From Myxococcota bacterium (lineage in GTDB: Bacteria; Myxococcota_A; UBA9160; UBA4427): a DNA stretch of 64,000 nt. Below the pieces are notes generated by a model that was given only the letters and a program-made list of their open reading frames with translations, was not told the DNA's origin and ran no database searches. A program made the position numbers and the translations under genes. The stretch spans positions 4,512,001-4,576,000 of the forward strand of contig OZ252299.1 in the NCBI GenBank assembly GCA_965250285.1, in the 5' to 3' direction. Shown in pieces: positions 20,065-30,541 of the stretch (its first letter is position 1; the number at the start of each line of letters is the position of its first letter).

Positions 20065-20137
20065 GATCGGGGTCCTGCCTCGAGAGGCGATCGGGTTCCT
20101 GCCCTGGAAAGGGATCGGGTGCCTGCCTCGGGATCGG
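20065..20137. repeat. Imperfect 24-bp tandem repeat (about 3.3 units)
   Basis: GATCGGGGTCCTGCC / GATCGGGTTCCTGCC / GATCGGGTGCCTGCC at 20065, 20089 and 20113. Confidence 0.7.
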
Positions 20138-20389
20138 TGGGACCCACGAGTATGGGGCATCTGCGCGGGCGTGCCGACGGGTTTCGGGGTGAATTGACCT
20201 CGGATCTCTTCGCCTTTGCCGGGGCGTTCAGCACCAGGCCTTTCACCCACGCAGGATTGGACACGCCCACCCAGATGAGGAATTGACAGGCATCTGGCTG
20301 GCAGATTACAACCACAGGGCCACCAGAGTTGCTCTTTGCCCTCGGGTCGATCGAGACCGAATGGGGGCGACCTCTATCCGGAGACCGCG

Positions 20390-21601
20390 ATGAATCGGGT
20401 TCGTTCTCTCACTCTGCTCCTCGCTGCGCTGCTCGCCGCCGGTTCGGCGTCGGCGGGCGTCCACACCGTCTCGCCCGGCGAGTCGATCCAGGCTGCGATC
20501 GACAGCGCGAGCCCCGGCGACACGATCCTGGTCGAGCCGGGTGTCTATCAGGAGCTCGGCAACGCCGAGTTCGGCCTCCGCATCTCGACCGACAACCTGC
20601 GCTTGATCGGCAAGGTGCGGCCGGGCAAGGGACAGGCAGGCAAGGTCCGCATCATTCCGTTCGGCACCCAGTACACGGGCATCTACGCCGCGCCGGCCGG
20701 CTGCGGCCCCGACCTCGGCGTCGGCCAGTGTGCCGACGAGCTGCACGGCGTCTACATCCGCGGCTTCACCGTCGAGGCCTTCGGCAAGAACGGCATCCAG
20801 ACCCGCTTCGTGCGCGACTTCGAGCTCATTCGCAACGAGTCGGCGGGCAATGGCTGGGACAACGGCAACGGCATCTACCCGACCATCTCGGCCAACGGGC
20901 TGGTGCGCAACAACATCTCGTACGGCTCGGCCGACACGGCGATGTGGGTGGCGGCTTCGGAGAACGTCCGTGTGATCGGGAACGATCTCTCGTCGAGCGC
21001 GATCGGCTTCGAGATCACGGTCTCGAACAACGTCGTCGCGCGCCACAACGAGATCTACGGCAACACCGTCGGCGTGGGCCTCTTCCACCCGAACGCGGCC
21101 GGCAACGCCCAGCTGCCCGTGATGGCGAACTGGGTCATCGACCAGAACGACATCCACGACAACAACGGCATCGGTCTCGCGTTCCCCGGCAGCTTCCAGG
21201 AGGGCTTGCCGCCGGGCGTGGGCGTGCTGCTGCTGGGCGTCTCGGTGAACGAGATCACCGGCAATACCGTCTCGAACAACGGTCTGATCGGCATCGGCGT
21301 GCTCGGCTGGTGCTCGGCGACGGCGAACGGCGACCCCGATCGCAACTGCATCAACGCGCCGCCGACGGCGGATCCGTCGGCGAACGACAACTTCGTCGCC
21401 CGAAACAAGCTCGACAACAACGGCACGAACCCCTTCCCGCTGTTGCCGCCCGAGATCGCCGGGCTCGCGGCAGACATCGTCTACGTCAGCACGCCCGAGG
21501 CCGGCGAGGCGGGCACGGGCAACTGTTTCGAGAAGAACAAGCCCAAGAACGGGTTCACGTTCATCTCCTCTGAAGGAGTGCTGCCGACCGACGGCTGCTG
21601 A
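20390..21601 (+). CDS. Secreted right-handed parallel beta-helix protein
   Basis: Signal peptide; SIQAAIDSASPGDTILVEPGVY; Asn/Gly-rich PbH1 repeats. Confidence 0.88.
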   Translation: MNRVRSLTLLLAALLAAGSASAGVHTVSPGESIQAAIDSASPGDTILVEPGVYQELGNAEFGLRISTDNLRLIGKVRPGKGQAGKVRIIPFGTQYTGIYAAPAGCGPDLGVGQCADELHGVYIRGFTVEAFGKNGIQTRFVRDFELIRNESAGNGWDNGNGIYPTISANGLVRNNISYGSADTAMWVAASENVRVIGNDLSSSAIGFEITVSNNVVARHNEIYGNTVGVGLFHPNAAGNAQLPVMANWVIDQNDIHDNNGIGLAFPGSFQEGLPPGVGVLLLGVSVNEITGNTVSNNGLIGIGVLGWCSATANGDPDRNCINAPPTADPSANDNFVARNKLDNNGTNPFPLLPPEIAGLAADIVYVSTPEAGEAGTGNCFEKNKPKNGFTFISSEGVLPTDGC

Positions 21602-21605
21602 GCCA

Positions 21606-21681
21606 CGCGACCTGCGGGTCGTCGCCCCGCGCGACCTAGGGGTCGTCGCCCCGCGCGACCCCGCAGCGTTTCTGCGCGACC
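21606..21681. repeat. 24-bp tandem repeat with internal hairpin
   Basis: CGCGACCtgcGGGTCGTCGCCCCG and CGCGACCtagGGGTCGTCGCCCCG, plus two degenerate starts at 21654 and 21675. Confidence 0.75.
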
Positions 21682-21758
21682 CTCTTCGACGGGGTTCACA
21701 CGCCCCCGGCCGATCTGGCCGGGGGCGTTCTCGTCGGGGCCCGGCAAGAAGGATCGAA

Positions 21759-22958
21759 GTGTCTTCCCCCCTCGCCACAGAGACGTTCGAGGCGCACGGC
21801 TGCCGCGTCGAGTGTCGTCGTTACGAGGGGCCGGTGGCGCGCGAGCTGTACCTGCTGGCAAAGCCGCCCGCCGACGCCCCGACCGCGGCGTCCCAGGCCG
21901 AGTCGGTCGACCGAGCGCTCGCCGCGGTGCTCGAGGCCCTTGGCGGAGACGCGGCATCGGCCGTCACCGAGACGGTCTTCCTCGCCGATCTCGACGCCGA
22001 TCTCGAAGCGGTGCGTGCCGGGCGACGCGCCGCATTCGGGGGCTTTCCGCACGCCGCCACGCTCGAGATCGAGCAACCTCCGCTCGAAGGCGGGGCCCGC
22101 CTGCAGGTCACACTGCACGCGTCGATCGCCCGCGACGCACCGCCCCGCGTCGATGTGCTCGATCTCGCCGCCCCCGATGGCGACGACGCAACAGTTCGCC
22201 CGTCGGCGCTGTGCATCCACGCAGGCGACGAGACGAGGCTCCACGCCGCCTCGGTGCTGGGCGCGGGCAAAGATGCCTACGCCCAGACACTCGCGATGTT
22301 CGAGCGCGCCGATGACCTGCTCGCCCAGGCCGGCATGACGTTTCATGACGTTGCGCGCACGTGGATCCATCTGCGCGAGATGGATCGCGACTACGACGCG
22401 TTCAACCGCGCGCGGCGCACGTTCTTCGAGGCGCGCGGCGTCGATCCCCCGCCGGCGAGCACCGGCATCGGCGGTGCGCCGTGCGGTCGATCGCACGATC
22501 TCGTCCTCGGTCTCCATGCGTTGACAGCGCGCGGCAGCGTCGAGCGCACCGTCATGACGACGCCGACCCTGAACGAGGCGCCCGTCTACGGCTCGGATTT
22601 CGTGCGAGGCATGAAGGTGGTCGAGGCGAACAAGACCGCGCTGCACGTCTCGGGCACCGCGAGCATCGACGAACGGGGCGAGACCGTCCACACGGGCGAC
22701 CTCGACGCTCAGGTCGACCGCATGCTCGTCAACATCGCCGCGTTGCTCGAAGGCCAGGGCGCGGGCTTCGGCGACATCGCCTCGGGCATCACGTACGTGA
22801 AGCGGCCGGCCGATGCGCCGCGCGTGCGAGCCCGCCTCGAAGACGCCGGCTTCGCAGGCTTCCCGAACGCGATCGTGGCGGCCCCGGTCTGCCGACCCGA
22901 GCTGCTCTGCGAAGCCGAGGTGCTCGCGGTGTTGCCGAAGACCGCGGCCAGCAGCTGA
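21759..22958 (+). CDS. RidA/YjgF superfamily multi-domain protein (chorismatase FkbO/Hyg5-like C-terminus)
   Basis: VARTWIHL...FNRAR...PASTGIG; FVRG...VSGTASID...VCRPELLCEAE. Confidence 0.8.
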   Translation: MSSPLATETFEAHGCRVECRRYEGPVARELYLLAKPPADAPTAASQAESVDRALAAVLEALGGDAASAVTETVFLADLDADLEAVRAGRRAAFGGFPHAATLEIEQPPLEGGARLQVTLHASIARDAPPRVDVLDLAAPDGDDATVRPSALCIHAGDETRLHAASVLGAGKDAYAQTLAMFERADDLLAQAGMTFHDVARTWIHLREMDRDYDAFNRARRTFFEARGVDPPPASTGIGGAPCGRSHDLVLGLHALTARGSVERTVMTTPTLNEAPVYGSDFVRGMKVVEANKTALHVSGTASIDERGETVHTGDLDAQVDRMLVNIAALLEGQGAGFGDIASGITYVKRPADAPRVRARLEDAGFAGFPNAIVAAPVCRPELLCEAEVLAVLPKTAASS

Positions 22959-23050
22959 GGCACCGGCCATCGATGCCGTAGCGGGCCGCTTTCGCCTCGC
23001 CCGGGAACCGCCGGTCTGCGCATGGGAGACCGTTGTCGAAGGCAGAAGCC

Positions 23051-24550
23051 CTAGGCGCTCACGGCCTCTGACGGGGCGATGCGCGTCTCGAGGCGCTTCA
23101 AGACGCCGTCGATGCAGCGGCTCACCTGCGTGCAGTTGCGAATGATCTCGATCTTCGGCCAGGTGGCGCGCTCACCGTCGGCGACCAGGTCTTCGACCTC
23201 CCTGGGCGAGAGGCTCGAGAGCACCATCGACGGCTCGTAGAAGCGTCGGCTCGGCACGATGTTCACGTCGGCCGCGTAGTTCTGGGTCAGGACACTGAAG
23301 AGGAGCCGCGCGTAGAAGTCGACCGGGTGGCGATCGCGCACGACGCTCATCGCAAAGGGATAGACGGCGCGCAGCAGATCCTGCGAAGCCGACACGTAGA
23401 TGCCCGTGAGTTGCGAGAGCAACGTGTCCTTCGCATGCGGATCGAGGGTGGCCCACAGCGTCACCGGGTTGGCCTGGCTGCTGATGAAGTGGTTCACGCT
23501 GTAGAGACGGGCCAGACGACGGGCCGGCATGTCGTCGGTGATCGAGCCGTCGACCCATTGACGTGAGGGCACGTAGGGTTGCCGCCGGCCCGACGCATCC
23601 TTCGCCGCCAGCGTGACCGGAGGGAACAGACCGGGGACGGCGCACGAGGCGAGCACGGCCTCGCGAATGCAGGCGTTGGGCGATGTCGCGGCGTTCAGCA
23701 GCCGCGAGCGCTGATGCAGCTGCGCGGGCGCGACCGCGACGTTGATCTGGCGGCCGGTCTCTTCGAACGCCTCGATGAAGGTCAGATCGGGGATGATCGA
23801 TTCGATCATCGCCTCGAGCTTGTCGACCTCGAGGATGCGGCGCCGCGCGGGCGCTCCGTCGCCCCCGCGCAGAACCGCGAAGGCGCGTTGGGTCACGTCA
23901 TCCGAGAAGAGGCGCTGGAGCGCGTCGGGTGCGTGGGTGCCGATCATGGCGGCGACGATCGATCCCGCGCTGGCGCCCGACACGACGCTCGGCACGAGAT
24001 CGTGCTCGGCCAGCGCTCGCGCGACGCCGATGTGGAACGAACCCAACGAGCCGGCCCCCGAGAGCATCAGCGCCGAGCGCCCGAAGCAGGCCTGGGCGCG
24101 TCTCAGCAGCCCGACCTTGTCGTGCAGCGAGATCGCGTGCTCTTCGACGGCCTCGAGGTCGAGGATCGCCGCCGTCAGCTCTTCGATGTAGTCGCTCACG
24201 AGCTGCTTGGTGCCGAAGCGCGCATGGGCGTAGAGGGCCGACGAGCCCATGCCGCCCATGTTTCCGTGCAGGCCTTCATTGAGATAGAAGAGCAAGCGGT
24301 GCGCGTCGCCCGACCGGCGGATCGCGACGAGCTCGTCGTAGCGCAGCCGAATCACCCCATGGTCGTACAGCGTGCACGACTCTTCCGACTTCCAGGCGTC
24401 GGCCCCCGAACGTCGATCCTCCTCGATCGCCCAGGTCTTCCACTCTTCATAGGTCTTCGCGTGCTTCATCGGTCGCATCACTTGGCGCAGCTTCGCCGTG
24501 TCCTCGATGCTGCCAAAACAGCGCCGCAACGTCGATTCGAGGCGAGCCAA
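23051..24550 (-). CDS. Patatin-like lipase with N-terminal DUF3336-type domain
   Basis: TYEEW..W N-terminal domain, LSGAG oxyanion loop, GASAG nucleophile and WVDGS; start uncertain. Confidence 0.85.
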   Translation of the reverse strand: MARLESTLRRCFGSIEDTAKLRQVMRPMKHAKTYEEWKTWAIEEDRRSGADAWKSEESCTLYDHGVIRLRYDELVAIRRSGDAHRLLFYLNEGLHGNMGGMGSSALYAHARFGTKQLVSDYIEELTAAILDLEAVEEHAISLHDKVGLLRRAQACFGRSALMLSGAGSLGSFHIGVARALAEHDLVPSVVSGASAGSIVAAMIGTHAPDALQRLFSDDVTQRAFAVLRGGDGAPARRRILEVDKLEAMIESIIPDLTFIEAFEETGRQINVAVAPAQLHQRSRLLNAATSPNACIREAVLASCAVPGLFPPVTLAAKDASGRRQPYVPSRQWVDGSITDDMPARRLARLYSVNHFISSQANPVTLWATLDPHAKDTLLSQLTGIYVSASQDLLRAVYPFAMSVVRDRHPVDFYARLLFSVLTQNYAADVNIVPSRRFYEPSMVLSSLSPREVEDLVADGERATWPKIEIIRNCTQVSRCIDGVLKRLETRIAPSEAVSA

Positions 24551-24739
24551 TCGAGCAGGGGCTGTGCAGCCGGGTCAACGCAGAACGACGCCGGCACGGG
24601 GCGTTCTCCGCGAATTTGGGCCGCGCCTGGCGCGGGTGTGCGAGTCCTCAGTCGGTCTCGTCATCGGGCCGGCGTCGCTCCATTCGGAGAGATCGGCCGC
24701 AACGAGGAGCGGATGCTCGCCATCGGATTTGCTGGGCAA

Positions 24740-25795
24740 TTACACCGAGGCGAAGAGCGTCTGGCCGCTGCGCTCGGCCGAAGCTCGTAGGGCCCCCTCG
24801 CGGGTGATCTCGCCATCAGACGTGACGAGTACGCTGGTCGCGCCGTCTTGCGCGTCTGTCTCGCCGAGGGCGAACGGCACGAATCGACCCCAGGACCGAT
24901 CCTGGCCGAGCTGGTCACCGAACTCGGGCGCCTCACCGCAAGGCCAACCATAGGCGTACCAGAAGACACGCTCGGCAGGCTGAAGGATCTCGGCGCTCAC
25001 CGTGCCCCAGGGCGCGTCTTCGTGGGGCGCTGCGTCTTGCCGGCGCGTACCGTGATTGCAGATCGAGTAGCCCCAGCCCTCGAGCAGCGGGTTGCTGCGC
25101 GGGTCGCGCTCACGATTCGCATGATCCGAGAGGATGCACGCGAGCGCCTCGACGTCGAGCGCGCCGATCAGCCCTTCGGCGAGGTCGATGCCGCGTTGTC
25201 GCCGCGCGGCGTTGTTGTTTGCGGGCCGGTCGAGGGGTGCAAGCGGATCGTTGTGCGCCACGAGCTTCTCGGAGAGGTAGCAGTTGACGGCGAACACCTG
25301 CCCCGGATCCCTTCGGCTGAACTGCTGATGGACCGCGACGCCGAAGCTCCCCGCTTCGACCTGCGCAAGGTCGCCGTTCGCATCGGCCAGAATCAACGAA
25401 ACCGGCAGATCGGACGACCCGGCCAACTCGAGGAAGGTGAGTGCGTCTGAGACCGTCCGACACCTCTGCATCAGGCCCTCGGTGATCTTCACGAACGAGA
25501 AGCAGGGCCGGTCGACGTCGGGCGCCGCCTCGAACGTCATCGCGCACGTGAAGGCGAGCCCGTGTTCGTTGATGCCGCGGGTGGTCTCACCGGGCCGGGC
25601 GATGTAGCCGCGCTCGATGAGCGAGTGCTCCGATGTCGAGACGAGCTCGGTGCCGATGTGGCGCGGGGCGCCTTCGGGTCGAACGATGCGCAGGAACGTC
25701 CGAATGTCGTAGGGGTTGTCGCTTACGCTCCCGATCAGGGCCTCGCCCGTCGGGTTCGCATCGTGGCCGGTGACGCCGATCAGAAAGCAGGGCAT
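24740..25795 (-). CDS. Ntn-hydrolase, peptidase C45 / acyltransferase-like
   Basis: Near-N-terminal Cys (MPC), GINEHGL, ILADANG, ILSDH, SICNH and WGTV. Confidence 0.7.
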   Translation of the reverse strand: MPCFLIGVTGHDANPTGEALIGSVSDNPYDIRTFLRIVRPEGAPRHIGTELVSTSEHSLIERGYIARPGETTRGINEHGLAFTCAMTFEAAPDVDRPCFSFVKITEGLMQRCRTVSDALTFLELAGSSDLPVSLILADANGDLAQVEAGSFGVAVHQQFSRRDPGQVFAVNCYLSEKLVAHNDPLAPLDRPANNNAARRQRGIDLAEGLIGALDVEALACILSDHANRERDPRSNPLLEGWGYSICNHGTRRQDAAPHEDAPWGTVSAEILQPAERVFWYAYGWPCGEAPEFGDQLGQDRSWGRFVPFALGETDAQDGATSVLVTSDGEITREGALRASAERSGQTLFASV

Positions 25796-25852
25796 GGCTC
25801 GAACCTCCTTCGAGCGTACGAACGCGGCCGAGAACGCGCGGTCGTGCTGATC

Positions 25853-27286
25853 CTAGCCCTCTGGCACTCGGTCGACGGGCGGGCGCTTCCGGTGCCAGTC
25901 GGTGGCCGCCTGGTACGCGCGGCCCGCCGACACCAGGCGGGCCTCGGCCAGGTGGGGTGCGACGAGCTGAAACCCGATCGGCACACCGCGGTCGTCGAAG
26001 CCACCGGGCATCGTGAGGGCCGGATGACCCGAGAAGTTGAAGGGCGCCGTGAAACGCGTGAACGACGCGATGCCATCGGGCCCGGCGAGCGCCTCTTCGA
26101 GCCCTCCCTGCATGGTGAGACCCGTGCGCCAGCAGACCGGCACGAGGAGCAGATCGACTCGCTCGAACAGGGCGTCGAGCGCCTTCGAGAAGCTCAGACG
26201 CTCGACGTCGAGCTGTGCAATCTCGGTCGCGTGCACCGCGCGGCCAGCCTCGAGAAAGCTCCGAAAGTGGGGCCCGTATTCGTCCTGCCGTGAGGGAAAC
26301 GTCTCGGCGTGGACGACCGCGGCGGCCGCGCTGCAATAGGGTGCGAAGAGCCGGGCGAGTGGATCCATCGGCGGCAGGGGCGTCTCGACGATCACGGCAC
26401 CGACCTGCTCCAGCGTGGCCGCGACGTGCTCGAGCGCGCGGCGCACGACGGGCTCGACGCCGTCGAGCGAAACGCGCGTGTCGAGAGCGATCCGCATGCC
26501 CTGCAGATCGAACGACTCGGTGACGCAGTCGGGCACAGCTTCTTCGAGACACAGGGGATCGGCCGGGTCGGCTCCCGCGACGGCGTGCAAGACGTGCCCG
26601 GCATCTTCGGCGCTGCGCGCCATCGGGCCGACGTGATCGAGAGCGGCCGCCAGCCCGAACACGCCGTGCACGCTCACCCGGCCCCATGTGGGCTTGATGC
26701 CCATCACGCCGGTCATCGCGCACGGAAAACGGATCGAGCCGCCGGTATCGGAGCCGATCGATGCGGTGCAGAGCCCCGCCGCGGTCGCCACCGAAGGGCC
26801 GTTCGACGATGAGCCTGGCCAGTGATCGTGCTGCCACGGATTCACGGGCGTCGGAATCTTGGGGTGGTTCTCGACCATGCCCCCCTCGGTCATCGTCAGC
26901 TTGCCGAGCAGGATGGCCCCGGCCGCTCGCAAGCGCTTCACGATGGTGGCATCGAAGTCCGGCCGAAAGTCGCGATGGATCCACATGCCGCCGGTCGTCG
27001 GCACGCCCCGGGTGAAGCACAGATCCTTGACGGCCACGGGCACGCCGTGCAGGGGGCCTCGAGCTGCGCCGCTCTGAAGCTCGGCCGTGGCGCGTTCGGC
27101 CTGCGCCATCGCTTCGTCGGTGAGGGTCTGCATGTAGGCATGCAGTCGCGGGTCCAGCGCTTCGATGCGGTCGAGATGAGCGCGCGTGACGTCGACCGGC
27201 GAGTAGCGGCCGGCGGCATAGCCGCGCGCGAGATCGGTGATCCCGGCGAAACACACCTCGCTGTCTTCGAGAGTCGATGCGTTCAC
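25853..27286 (-). CDS. Amidase signature family protein
   Basis: GPLHGVPVAVKD, PGSSSNG and GSDTGGSIRFP; GTG start chosen. Confidence 0.92.
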   Translation of the reverse strand: MNASTLEDSEVCFAGITDLARGYAAGRYSPVDVTRAHLDRIEALDPRLHAYMQTLTDEAMAQAERATAELQSGAARGPLHGVPVAVKDLCFTRGVPTTGGMWIHRDFRPDFDATIVKRLRAAGAILLGKLTMTEGGMVENHPKIPTPVNPWQHDHWPGSSSNGPSVATAAGLCTASIGSDTGGSIRFPCAMTGVMGIKPTWGRVSVHGVFGLAAALDHVGPMARSAEDAGHVLHAVAGADPADPLCLEEAVPDCVTESFDLQGMRIALDTRVSLDGVEPVVRRALEHVAATLEQVGAVIVETPLPPMDPLARLFAPYCSAAAAVVHAETFPSRQDEYGPHFRSFLEAGRAVHATEIAQLDVERLSFSKALDALFERVDLLLVPVCWRTGLTMQGGLEEALAGPDGIASFTRFTAPFNFSGHPALTMPGGFDDRGVPIGFQLVAPHLAEARLVSAGRAYQAATDWHRKRPPVDRVPEG

Positions 27287-27363
27287 TTCGGTGTCATCCT
27301 GGCTCGTTCTACAAGCATAGGCGGAGACCATCGCGCAAGCCGAGCACCTGGCTTCTGGCGGGG

Positions 27364-28248
27364 TCAACGACCGTCGCGGCGCGGCCAGGGCACCAGCGCC
27401 GGCGTGCGCGCGGCGTAGTCTTCGAAGCCCTCGCGGCGCTCGGCGCTGCGCTCGTCGAGCATCGGGATGCTGAAGCCCGCGAACATCACGGTGATCGCGA
27501 CGGCCCCGATGCCCGTCCACCAGGCCGATGGCGTCGCCGCCAGGGCGAAGAGCCAGAGCGAAAACCAGAAGCCGATCTCACCGAAGTAGTTGGGATGGCG
27601 CGACAGGCGCCAGAGCCCTCGATCCATCACCTCGCCCGGGGTCTTGCGCTCGGCGAAGATCTTCATCTGCTCGTCGGCGACGAGCTCGATGGCCGTCGCA
27701 CCGACACCCACGATGAGCGCAATCGCATCGAGCACGCCGAGCCCGGGCGCGCCCTGGGTCATCGCCGGGTAGAGGGGCAAGAGCCCGAGGTAGACGAAGA
27801 ACGTCTGCGAGATCACGACGCCGACGAGCCGGACGGCCCAGACCGGCAGCGGCCACTTCGACGCCAGCAGACCGAATCGCCAGTCTTCGTGATGGATCCC
27901 CGGCCAGTCGCGCCACCAGTTCAGGGTGAGCCGTGCGCCCCAGAAGACGGTCACGACGAGCACGGCCGTCTGGCGCGCATCGAGGGGCCCTGCGTCGGCC
28001 ACGCCGAAGACGATCCAGAGCGCGGCCAGCGGCGGCATCACGCTCCACCACGCGTCGAAGACCGAGCCGTTGTCGAGCCGCACGATGTACGCGAACGCGA
28101 CGGCCGCCGAGACGGCGAGCCCCGCCCCGAGTGCGACTTGGGGCGAACCGGGCCAGAGCCACCATGTCAGCAGCGCGGCGGGCATGATCACCGCGTAGGC
28201 GCGAAGGATGGTTCGGCGCGAGGCCTTCAGGTCGGTTGCTTCGGTCAA
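27364..28248 (-). CDS. DUF1295 (steroid 5-alpha-reductase-like) membrane protein
   Basis: HEDWRF, ADEQM and GLWRLSRHPNYFGE; start uncertain. Confidence 0.85.
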   Translation of the reverse strand: MTEATDLKASRRTILRAYAVIMPAALLTWWLWPGSPQVALGAGLAVSAAVAFAYIVRLDNGSVFDAWWSVMPPLAALWIVFGVADAGPLDARQTAVLVVTVFWGARLTLNWWRDWPGIHHEDWRFGLLASKWPLPVWAVRLVGVVISQTFFVYLGLLPLYPAMTQGAPGLGVLDAIALIVGVGATAIELVADEQMKIFAERKTPGEVMDRGLWRLSRHPNYFGEIGFWFSLWLFALAATPSAWWTGIGAVAITVMFAGFSIPMLDERSAERREGFEDYAARTPALVPWPRRDGR

Positions 28249-28570
28249 AGCCCGGGCTCCATCTGGGTGCGAAGGGGAGACTCGCCTGGCCACCGAATCG
28301 AGGCGCTTCGCTCGAAGACACGCCTCTGATCCGCGAGCGAATCGGTCCTTCGCGCATGAGCACCGATGATGCCGGCCTGGGGCCCCGCCGGCGAGGGGCC
28401 GGGTCGCCTCTGCGAAGCGCTGGGTGGCCCCGGGAGGGGCCGTGCCGCGAGCCACCCGACGAAGTCGGCCCGCGCATCGGGTTCGAGGGCGGGCCGAAGC
28501 GAACCCGTCGTCTCGAGCGGGCATCTATTCTTCTTGTCGTGCGCGCGCGCATGGCCGCGTGCGTGAGGGG

Positions 28571-30136
28571 GTGACCGTGACGAGGCAGCGATCGATCACC
28601 CGGGCGAGATGGGCCCGCGCCCGCACAGCCGTGTCCGCCATCGGGGCCATGCTCGTCGCGGGCATCGGCTGCGCGCCGAAGGCGCCGCCGGTCGCCCTCG
28701 CTCCACCCACCGTGTTCGACCGGCTCGAGCAGCCCGAAGAAGGCGCGGCGGGCTTCGAAGCGCGCCCGGGCGAGATCGACCCCGCTGAGCTCATCCCGCT
28801 CGATCTGTTGCAGGGCCCCCATCACGTGGTTCGCTCCGCTCGCCTCGACGACCGAATGCTCTACGTCTTCGTCGTCGACAGCGACCTCGGGCCGCTCGAA
28901 GTCACGGGCCGCGGCCTGCTTCGCAAGCGGGTGTACGAGATCGAGGCGCTGGCCACCTACGATGAACGCGACCTGAACAGCGGCGAGGTCTACGCCATCG
29001 AGCTGGCGAACGCGGCGAGCGAACCGGTCGAAGGCGTGCTGCAGATCGGGCGGCACCCGGTGCGGACGGTCACCAACATCCCGCGTGGCCTCGTGCACGT
29101 GTTCAAGGCCACCGGCGAGATGTTCAAGGGCGGCCGCACGCACCTCGAAGACGACTACACCGACGAGATGATCGGCCTGAGCGGGCAGAAGCGGCTCTGG
29201 GCCGCGCGCCTCGGCGTCGACCCGCACTCGACCAATCCCCACGTACAGGCGCGCCTCAAGCGAAACGGTTGGATGAGTCTGCTCGGCCAGCTGAGCGTGC
29301 AGGTCGCGACGATCCCGGTGCCGGCCGGCGCAGCCACGATTGCGATGTCGGGCGTCGGCGCGACGACGAGCATGAACGAGCAGCTCGACGACGAGTCGCC
29401 CGAGGACGTGCGCGTGCGCACGCGCGGCTTCTTGATGGACGAGCTCGGCACCGACGAAGCGCTCGCCGAGCGTTTTCTGTCGCACCCGTGGTACCCGCCG
29501 AACCACCAGGCCACGATCATCCGATCGCTCGGTGAGATGCACGGGGTGCAGGGGCGTCACGAGTTCATCGAGATGGCCTCGCAGGCCGACGAGGCGCACG
29601 AAGCCTATGCCTTTACACGCCTGGCATTGATGTTCGGCGAGATCCACGCGCGGCGGGCGCGTCTTTCGCGAATCGAGCCGACCGGCGACTGGCTCGTCGG
29701 GCGCGGCGTCGACGACCGCCCCATCGTGCCGCTCTATCTCGACCATCTGGTCTGGACGAATCGCGTCGCCGAAGCCGAGGCCGAACTCAATCTCGCGCTC
29801 GACGCCGACGAAGCCCCGGACCCGCTGCTCATCGTGTCGGGCGACCTGACCCCGCGTGCCGCCGATGAGCTCGCAGATCGCGGCTGGCTGACGACGCAGG
29901 GCATCGAGCACCTCTGGCTCGCGGGCATCGACCTCGAGCGCCACATGCCCGAGGGCCCCGACGAGGGCCGCATCCTGCCCGAGTTCGGCGGCTGGTCGTC
30001 GCTCGAGTCGTGGCGCATCGCCGCGCACCGCGCACAACAAGAGAAGCAGCCTCGACCCGTCGCGGACGAGATTGGCGAGGTGGAGCAGGTCGCCGTGCGA
30101 ACGAGCGAAGCACCCGCCGAGTCGGGCGTTCGCTAG
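28571..30136 (+). CDS. Hypothetical lipoprotein
   Basis: Typical codon usage and lipobox-like GIGC; the last ~20 codons and the stop come from the 89-bp repeat. Confidence 0.65.
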   Translation: MTVTRQRSITRARWARARTAVSAIGAMLVAGIGCAPKAPPVALAPPTVFDRLEQPEEGAAGFEARPGEIDPAELIPLDLLQGPHHVVRSARLDDRMLYVFVVDSDLGPLEVTGRGLLRKRVYEIEALATYDERDLNSGEVYAIELANAASEPVEGVLQIGRHPVRTVTNIPRGLVHVFKATGEMFKGGRTHLEDDYTDEMIGLSGQKRLWAARLGVDPHSTNPHVQARLKRNGWMSLLGQLSVQVATIPVPAGAATIAMSGVGATTSMNEQLDDESPEDVRVRTRGFLMDELGTDEALAERFLSHPWYPPNHQATIIRSLGEMHGVQGRHEFIEMASQADEAHEAYAFTRLALMFGEIHARRARLSRIEPTGDWLVGRGVDDRPIVPLYLDHLVWTNRVAEAEAELNLALDADEAPDPLLIVSGDLTPRAADELADRGWLTTQGIEHLWLAGIDLERHMPEGPDEGRILPEFGGWSSLESWRIAAHRAQQEKQPRPVADEIGEVEQVAVRTSEAPAESGVR

Positions 30137-30162
30137 CCGCTTCGCCCGCGCAGACGTCGCCC
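30074..30162 (+). repeat. 89-bp structured dispersed repeat, copy 1
   Basis: 82/89 identical to 42432..42520, same orientation. Confidence 0.85.
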
Positions 30163-30541
30163 GTGACCGTATAGCTCGGAGCAACCCAGAAGCCGCGATC
30201 GATGCCGGGTCGTTCACGCTCCGATCGAACCAAGCCACGTCCAGTCAGTGCGTGCGGGGACGAGCCCGCCCCTGGCTCGCGCGCGACATGCGATTCTCGC
30301 AGCTCTTCGGTTCGACCCGCAAAGCGATGCAATCGCCCGAGAGGGATCTAGGCGGCCCGCTTGCGCAAGGCTCCAGCTCGAGATGGAGCGACTCGCCCGC
30401 GTGAGGCCGCAGCGCTCGCTTCGCGGAAGGGGTCTGCAATCTCGGCGACTCGACGCTTTCGGGCGTCGGCGGAAAGCGGGAGGCACCGCGGCAGCGGATG
30501 AATCGATGCTTCTCGCCACGGACTGCCGCGGCGCGACGGAG

